From IMG/VR virus record IMGVR_UViG_2537562189_000010: a DNA stretch of 32,348 nt, one strand, 5' to 3'. The translations under genes and the position numbers were made by a program. Positions 27,431-32,348 of this stretch are shown here, in pieces. Below the pieces are notes generated by a model. It was not told the DNA's origin. It did no database searches and saw only the letters and a program-made list of their open reading frames with translations. The DNA is from a virus (lineage: Duplodnaviria; Heunggongvirae; Uroviricota; Caudoviricetes). The number at the start of each line of letters is the position of its first letter. The stretch's first letter is position 1.

Positions 27431-27745
27431 GGTGTGGCCTCTTGTGTAGTAAGTTTTGAAAACTCACCATCCAGAGGTTGCAATTCTGGGTGGTGAGACG
27501 TACAGGGTTGCAACCACCGGCTACACAAGACCCCGGCCCGACCGAAGTCGGCCCTGTACGCCCCACCATAATTCTGACGCGAAAAAGATGTGACGATGCG
27601 GTACGCACAAAAAAACCGCTGGCGCGGTTGTGCGCTTGTGTAGTCAGCGGGGGTTGCAATCCCGGCACCCGTTTTATGAGGTGCGGGAAAACTGTAACCC
27701 GACCAGGCGAACGCTGGCAAGCGGTTTTTTTGTGTGTGCATGTTC
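27431..27745 (-). ncRNA. structured leader / antisense-type regulatory RNA region, copy 2
   Basis: Segments CTTGTGTAG...GGTTGCAAT (about 27441-27485 and 27635-27660) are both complementary to GGTTGCAACC...CTACACAAG (about 27507-27529); the Shine-Dalgarno of the ORF lies inside the downstream segment; terminator (about 27609-27635) and UUCG hairpin (about 27535-27554) on the minus strand. Confidence 0.5.
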
Positions 27746-27752
27746 TGGTTTC

Positions 27753-28052
27753 TTACTGGTTCAGAAAAAAATCAAAAACCTTGTCAATGCGTTGCAGTAG
27801 CTCTTGCTGTATTGCTTCCGGCGTTTCCGGTTCACCTGGCGCCTCCAACGTCGCGCAGAAATCAGCGATTTCATGATGGAGCGCCAGGCGAATGGCAGGA
27901 GCCGTGGTTCTGGCGTGCTCCAGCTCATCCAGCAGTGCCAGCACAGCAGACGGCGAGAGCATTGCGCGAAATGCCAGTAATTTTTGAGGCGTTGCCATTC
28001 GTTGCAGGGCAAATGCCAGTTCGCGTAGCTTCTGGTGGTTGATGGTGCTCAT
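27753..28052 (-). CDS. hypothetical protein, 99 aa; paralogue of the 28341..28592 product
   Basis: C-terminal ...ADFCATLEAPGEPETPEAIQQELLQRIDKVFDF aligns with ...DDFTATLSGPGAPVTPGEIHRDLKRRIENAIDY of the other ORF. Confidence 0.5.
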   Translation of the reverse strand: MSTINHQKLRELAFALQRMATPQKLLAFRAMLSPSAVLALLDELEHARTTAPAIRLALHHEIADFCATLEAPGEPETPEAIQQELLQRIDKVFDFFLNQ

Positions 28053-28315
28053 GCTCTGGCTTCCTTCAGTAGCTGGTTAAACATGTGAGTAAGTGGATTG
28101 CTACACCCGAACGGCATCGGGTTTACGTGGTAAGAAGCCCGGCCTCCTGTTTTGCGAGCGCGACCACCTGTGCTGCGGTTTGTTCTGATGACTAAGCCAC
28201 CGCGCCAGAGTCGGCGTAACTCAGCATTAATGGCTGTGGTCTGGGTATTCAGTGCCGTGGCGATTTCACTTCCGCTGCACCCCGGATTGGCTGCGATGTA
28301 GTCTAGAATGGTCAT
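28049..28315 (-). CDS. small winged-helix DNA-binding protein, 88 aa
   Basis: ILDYIAANPGCSGSEIATALNTQTTAINAELRRLWRGGLVIR looks like a helix-turn-helix with a wing; coupled to the downstream gene. Confidence 0.5.
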   Translation of the reverse strand: MTILDYIAANPGCSGSEIATALNTQTTAINAELRRLWRGGLVIRTNRSTGGRARKTGGRASYHVNPMPFGCSNPLTHMFNQLLKEARA

Positions 28316-28340
28316 CGTGAGATCTCCTTTGCAGTTCCGG

Positions 28341-28592
28341 TTATTCAGTCGGGTTCAGGGTGTAATCAATGGCGTTTTCAATACGGCGTTTAAGGTCCCG
28401 GTGGATCTCACCTGGTGTTACTGGTGCGCCCGGACCGCTCAGCGTTGCCGTGAAGTCGTCGATTTCCTCCAGTAACAGATTGCGGAGTACGGCGATGTGG
28501 TGGCGTGCGTCTTTACCGGGTTTACGTGCGTTGGTGGTGTACTTGCTGATCATGGCCGCAGCTCTCCGTGGGCTTGTGTTTCTGATTTCCAT
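28341..28592 (-). CDS. hypothetical protein, paralogue of the 99-aa ORF; likely start at Met14 (about 28553, coupled to the upstream stop)
   Basis: Shares a C-terminal domain with 27753..28052; the internal ATG overlaps the stop of the upstream ORF. Confidence 0.45.
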   Translation of the reverse strand: MEIRNTSPRRAAAMISKYTTNARKPGKDARHHIAVLRNLLLEEIDDFTATLSGPGAPVTPGEIHRDLKRRIENAIDYTLNPTE

Positions 28593-28807
28593 GCCCCTCT
28601 GATGGCCGTTACTTCGCGAACGGTACTGGCAATCGCGGTGATTTGTGTTCCGTCAGCCAGATGGATGTAGAGATAATCAGCGTCTGACGGGCACGGCGTG
28701 GTCGTTGTGATCAAATGACTTTCCACCATGAACTCGTGGCCCACGGCATCGGTGAAACGCGTCAGCATGGTGGCGGTAAATATGCTGTTCATCGACCTGC
28801 CCCTCAC
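28550..28807 (-). CDS. hypothetical early protein, 85 aa
   Basis: ORF in the co-directional early operon; no motif recognised. Confidence 0.4.
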   Translation of the reverse strand: MRGRSMNSIFTATMLTRFTDAVGHEFMVESHLITTTTPCPSDADYLYIHLADGTQITAIASTVREVTAIRGAWKSETQAHGELRP

Positions 28808-29082
28808 GCTGAAAACTGGCCGGACTGTGTCCGGAGTTCTGCCAGTTCGCGCTCGAGGCGCAGGTTTTTCATATAGAGTTCACTGATGGTCTGTTTTGCT
28901 GTCACCATTGCCATGCTTTGCATTTGCAGGGCCATGTAGGTGGCAAAATGCTTGTCTTTATCTATTTCTGATATTCTTTCATCCAGTACATTGGTTATTT
29001 CAGTCAGCGTTTTTTGCGTAAATTCAATATGCGCCGGGTCGGTAAATAGTTTGTTTATTTCTGTAGGTGTATTGATGCTCAT
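28804..29082 (-). CDS. hypothetical early protein, 92 aa
   Basis: ORF in the early operon; predicted helical/coiled C-terminus (...LRLERELAELRTQ). Confidence 0.4.
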   Translation of the reverse strand: MSINTPTEINKLFTDPAHIEFTQKTLTEITNVLDERISEIDKDKHFATYMALQMQSMAMVTAKQTISELYMKNLRLERELAELRTQSGQFSA

Positions 29083-29160
29083 GGCTGTTTCTCCGTTTCT
29101 GGATTGAGTGAAGCCCTCCGCAGATGCGGATGGTTTTAATGTTTTCTGTCCGGTTGGTTA

Positions 29161-29283
29161 TTTATTTACGGCACTCTTCGCCAGTAAATAAAGATTCGAT
29201 ATTTTTCAGCGCTTCGATAATTCGCATAATGCCAATTGCCATAAGCACGGAAATAATCAGAATCACCCATGAAAGAAATATGC
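29161..29283 (-). CDS. possible small membrane peptide, about 40 aa (approximate coordinates)
   Basis: Hand-translated: MSIFLSWVILIISVLMAIGIMRIIEALKNIESLFTGEECR; its ATG abuts the stop of the upstream ORF. Confidence 0.25.
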
Positions 29284-29526
29284 TCATGCTGCATTCCCAA
29301 GTGCGTATGGCTCAATATGTACTCCGCATTCTGCATCACGAACAAGCTCAGACAGTTCATTGAGAGCATCCAGATCGTCAGCGTAAAAAGCTGCATCATA
29401 CAGGCTGCGAATTGCTCTGGTCAGTGAGTCTCTTGCTGCATGTTCTGCGGCAACTCCTGACATACTCAGGCGAAAGTTAAAGCGCTCAAGGGCTTTATTG
29501 ATGAGAACCTTATATTCTTTGTCCAT
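29284..29526 (-). CDS. hypothetical early protein, 80 aa
   Basis: ORF in the AT-rich early region; no motif recognised. Confidence 0.4.
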   Translation of the reverse strand: MDKEYKVLINKALERFNFRLSMSGVAAEHAARDSLTRAIRSLYDAAFYADDLDALNELSELVRDAECGVHIEPYALGNAA

Positions 29527-29546
29527 TGTATTTCCCCGGAAAACAA

Positions 29547-29801
29547 TTAAACAAAATCGCTTAATGATTTACCTGATTCAATCTTCTCTATCGTGTCTTC
29601 AATAGCCATGTATGCGGCGTAATCGCCTGCGAGGTCGGCGCATTTCTGTAGCCCCTGTAATGCGCTGATGATATCTTCTTTTGCTTCCCATAAAGGTTTT
29701 GCTGTATTTAGTGCATTACGGGCATTATTAGCTATGAGCCGGTGTATGAGAATTGTGTAGGCTGATGCTATCTCTGCCATGTCTTTTGTCGTTGTTGCCA
29801 T
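29547..29801 (-). CDS. hypothetical early protein, 84 aa
   Basis: ORF in the AT-rich early region; no motif recognised. Confidence 0.4.
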   Translation of the reverse strand: MATTTKDMAEIASAYTILIHRLIANNARNALNTAKPLWEAKEDIISALQGLQKCADLAGDYAAYMAIEDTIEKIESGKSLSDFV

Positions 29802-29804
29802 GTA

Positions 29805-30140
29805 TTAATTCCCCCATGGATGCTGAAAACTGCGACCGCTGATTAACCGGTCTGCCGTTCTTAATGCTTCGTGCAGGGTGAAATCCTGCCCGAACTGCTC
29901 ATCTCCGCGAGTCAGGGAGTAACAGGTATTTCCGGTAATCGGGTTGCGTGCGCCTCTGTGTATGACAATTCCGGCATCATTAATCAGCCAGGTGTGTTTA
30001 CCGGTTTGTTTAACCAGATGCCCGTCAGGTGTGGCGTGCGTTTCCTGCAGGCTGTAGTGCGAGTTGCTGCGTGATGCGCTGGTTGAGAAACGGTTAGCGT
30101 GGCGTTCTGTGCCGCTGCGGAAGTTGCGTCGCTGTGTCAT
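29805..30140 (-). CDS. hypothetical early protein, 111 aa
   Basis: ORF in the early operon; no motif recognised. Confidence 0.4.
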   Translation of the reverse strand: MTQRRNFRSGTERHANRFSTSASRSNSHYSLQETHATPDGHLVKQTGKHTWLINDAGIVIHRGARNPITGNTCYSLTRGDEQFGQDFTLHEALRTADRLISGRSFQHPWGN

Positions 30141-30192
30141 ATCGGAAAAACCCGCTTAAGTTAAAAGAATTGAAATAACGGTGTATTGGCAT

Positions 30193-30423
30193 TTATGCCC
30201 AGTTGTCTTTTCTTATTACTGTTTCATTCTGAAATCCTGTCTGCTCCATTGCATTTTTTAAGGACTCTTCTGTTTCAAATGTCACAACGATGCAATGGGT
30301 CGGGTAATGGAAATACAAATCGTTGCCAGCCCGAACAATGGCATCTAAGTTCTGATTACAGATTATTACTGAAGCGTCGTCGCTTATTTTTATTCTTTGT
30401 CTGATTTCCGTGTGTTTAATCAT
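30193..30423 (-). CDS. hypothetical early protein, 76 aa
   Basis: First ORF downstream of the cox-like gene; no motif recognised. Confidence 0.4.
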   Translation of the reverse strand: MIKHTEIRQRIKISDDASVIICNQNLDAIVRAGNDLYFHYPTHCIVVTFETEESLKNAMEQTGFQNETVIRKDNWA

Positions 30424-30453
30424 CTTGCCCCTCCAATGATTGCCAGTTCTATA

Positions 30454-30879
30454 TCACGCAGCTTTTTTACTGATGCGTTTATTCCGTGAACCAGCTGCTG
30501 GCTTAAATAAAAAAAGTCGGTTTTCCCATTCGTGCCATTCTTGCGGTGCGTTTTCAGTGAGTCGATCGCAGGCTTCATCCCACGCTTTCCGGTTGATGTA
30601 GAGTTCGGCGTTTCCGCCAGGCTTGAGAGGGTCCGCCATGTACACAGCGGGTAATTTCCCTGCTTTTGCCATGCTCACGATGGCGTCAACGGTCTTGCCG
30701 ATATACATCGCAAACCCTTCTTTTGACAGGAGATGAGAAGGGTTTTGTGAAAGCCGGATTTCCTGGCGTTCAGGGGCTTTGCGGCCGGTCTTCAGGTGTG
30801 CGGTTTCTGGCGCATCTGTCAACTGATCGCACTGTGTTTCGGCAGGCGATTCAGGCGCGTTTTGAGTGACTTCTTGCAT
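30454..30879 (-). CDS. cox: Cox-like excisionase / early-promoter regulator with an N-terminal extension (141 aa from the first ATG)
   Basis: ...EGFAMYIGKTVDAIVSMAKAGKLPAVYMADPLKPGGNAELYINRKAW... parallels P2 Cox as recalled; ATG at 30879 has a GGAGGA Shine-Dalgarno; the ORF-track start at 30960 is a GTG. Confidence 0.6.
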   Translation of the reverse strand: MQEVTQNAPESPAETQCDQLTDAPETAHLKTGRKAPERQEIRLSQNPSHLLSKEGFAMYIGKTVDAIVSMAKAGKLPAVYMADPLKPGGNAELYINRKAWDEACDRLTENAPQEWHEWENRLFLFKPAAGSRNKRISKKAA

Positions 30880-30986
30880 CTGGTATCCTCCGTTATTGGC
30901 CCCTTTTTCGAATAGGGACCATGTAGAACCAATTGCGACTATTCTTGTGTTGCTATACACAAAAATTATTGGAGATTAGAAAAATT
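30880..30986. promoter_or_regulatory. immunity switch region between the divergent cox-like and C-like genes
   Basis: 107-bp AT-rich spacer; direct repeat AAAAATTAT (about 30961 and 30980); inverted repeat GAATAG...CTATTC (about 30911-30945). Promoter boxes not resolved. Confidence 0.45.
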
Positions 30987-31286
30987 ATGTCAATACCGCA
31001 AAATGAGAAATTAAAACTTATCAGAGAGTCCGAACGGATGAAAATGAAGGAACTATCTGATTTAATTGGAATTAATTACTATACATATCATGGCTATGAA
31101 AGTGGGAAATCTAAGATGCCTCTTGATTTTGGGATCCTTCTTTTGCGGCACGCTCGTTTCCGTAAATACCGTGACTGGTTTTTGTTCGATGAGGTCGAAC
31201 CAAAGGCCGGGCAGGTGGTACCGGCTCTCGCACACATTGGGCAAAGCGAAGCGGAATCATCCCACTCCGGCAAGAAGACTGGTTAA
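30987..31286 (+). CDS. C: immunity repressor (P2 C-like), 99 aa
   Basis: Same length as P2 C; central ...YESGKS... and C-terminal ...PALAHIGQSEAESSHSGKKTG resemble P2 C as recalled; upstream of and co-directional with int. Confidence 0.7.
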   Translation: MSIPQNEKLKLIRESERMKMKELSDLIGINYYTYHGYESGKSKMPLDFGILLLRHARFRKYRDWFLFDEVEPKAGQVVPALAHIGQSEAESSHSGKKTG

Positions 31287-31352
31287 CGGTCCATCTGGCC
31301 TTTATTTCTCAAAATTGTGATCAAGATGATGTTTTCATTGGGGGGCTTCCTT

Positions 31353-32348
31353 ATGTCGATTAAGAAGCTCGCTGATGGCAAATACTGTGTGGACGTGCGG
31401 CCTGCTGGATCTGAAGGAAGAAGATTTCGGCGGCGATTTCCTACCCGTGGTGAAGCGGCGATGTATGAACGCCATGTTCTGACGCATTATCACGATAAGG
31501 ACTGGGTCGAAAAACCTATTGAACGTAAAGCGTTAAGCGATCTTCTGGAACTGTGGTGGGTGTACCACGGTAAGAATCATCGTTATGGCGCGATGAATCG
31601 GGTCAGAATTGAAGCGGTTCTTCGTGATATGCAAGAGCTTGGTATTAACAGAAGTGACCACTTAACCCGAAAAAATATTATCAGATATCGCCTTGAATTA
31701 ATGAATCGCGGAATTAAGCAGTCAACGGTAAATCGTTATTGTGCAATGATGAGTGGTTTCTTTGAAAAGCTGATTGATGTTGAAGAGTTTGTGGGTGATA
31801 ACCCGTTTCACGAGATACGCAAGCTAACAATTAATCAGCCGGAAATGGCTTATCTTGCACATGATGATATTCCCAGGCTAACCGCACTTTTATCTGGCGA
31901 TAATCTTAAGGCTGTATTGTTAAGCCTGGCTACAGGCGGGCGCTGGGGTGAAGTTGCCAATATTAAAGGTGAACACATAATTGGTGGGAAGGTTATTTTC
32001 ATGGAGACAAAGAATGGATCGCGGCGGGTTATTCCTATAGCTAAAGATCTTGAATCTCTGATTAAAGTCAAAGCGACTGGAAGATTAATGAACCCCAGTT
32101 ATGCGATAGTCAGAAGTGCAATAAGGACTGTGCGGCCTGATTTACCAGTCGGTCAGTCTGTGCATGTTTTACGGCACACATTCGCAACTCATTTCATGAT
32201 AAATGGAGGGAACATTATTACCCTTCAGCGTATTTTAGGGCACAGCACAATTCAGCAAACAATGACCTATGCGCACTTTGCACCTGATTATCTCCAGGAC
32301 GCGGTAAGGTTCAATCCGGTTGCGGAGTTGTCCAGATTTTGCCCATAA
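31353..32348 (+). CDS. int: tyrosine integrase (P2 Int-like)
   Basis: N-terminus MSIKKLADGKYCVDVRPAG parallels P2 Int; C-terminal catalytic region HVLRHTFATHFMINGGNIITLQRILGHSTIQQTMTYAHFAPDYLQD carries the R...HxxR...Y signature; stop codon at the window end. Confidence 0.9.
   Translation: MSIKKLADGKYCVDVRPAGSEGRRFRRRFPTRGEAAMYERHVLTHYHDKDWVEKPIERKALSDLLELWWVYHGKNHRYGAMNRVRIEAVLRDMQELGINRSDHLTRKNIIRYRLELMNRGIKQSTVNRYCAMMSGFFEKLIDVEEFVGDNPFHEIRKLTINQPEMAYLAHDDIPRLTALLSGDNLKAVLLSLATGGRWGEVANIKGEHIIGGKVIFMETKNGSRRVIPIAKDLESLIKVKATGRLMNPSYAIVRSAIRTVRPDLPVGQSVHVLRHTFATHFMINGGNIITLQRILGHSTIQQTMTYAHFAPDYLQDAVRFNPVAELSRFCP

Larger units (their letters stand above)
26521..27745. repeat. tandem duplication, two units of about 612 bp (about 26521-27132 and 27133-27745), each a structured leader plus a 75-aa ORF
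   Basis: The two ORFs (26591..26818, 27203..27430) are offset by exactly 612 bp and differ at 3 of 228 nt, all synonymous; the leaders align with clustered indels and substitutions. Confidence 0.9.

Noticed and set aside
26509-27741. 410-aa minus-strand ORF spanning both tandem units
   Set aside because: It is an open frame running through the structured leaders and across the 75-aa ORFs in a different frame. Between the two units its translation changes frame at the indels, and the nucleotide changes that are synonymous in the 75-aa frame are non-synonymous in this one, so it is not the selected reading frame.
26521-27745. CRISPR array or retron (msr/msd) as the explanation for the repeats
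   Set aside because: Only two units of about 612 bp, each with a conserved ORF, and no short spacer-repeat periodicity; no reverse transcriptase or cas gene anywhere in the window.

Overview
The window reads as a near-complete P2-like (Peduovirus-type) temperate phage genome, most likely an integrated prophage, running from a repeat-dense non-coding left end to a tyrosine integrase that ends at the last base of the window. The minus strand carries one long, translationally coupled late operon (about 19062 down to 708): scaffold, major capsid, small terminase and head completion proteins, tail completion, sheath and tube candidates, a lysis cassette with an inserted orphan DNA methyltransferase, a tail chaperone with a -1 frameshift site, tape measure, baseplate, tail fibre and three unassigned distal genes. 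Large terminase, portal and an Ogr-like zinc-finger activator are divergent on the plus strand. The early operon (minus, 30879 down to about 22504) holds a Cox-like gene, many small ORFs, an HUH rolling-circle initiator and small cargo genes, opposite a P2 C-like repressor and the integrase. The most unusual feature is a tandem duplication (about 26521-27745) of a module made of a structured leader RNA and a 75-aa ORF: the two protein copies are identical while the leaders have diverged by compensatory changes in three mutually complementary segments, the architecture of P1 c4 / P4 CI antisense-RNA immunity. All protein family calls rest on motif recognition from memory; no database search was possible. 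Coordinates I derived by hand from the sequence, rather than from the ORF track, may be off by a base or two.
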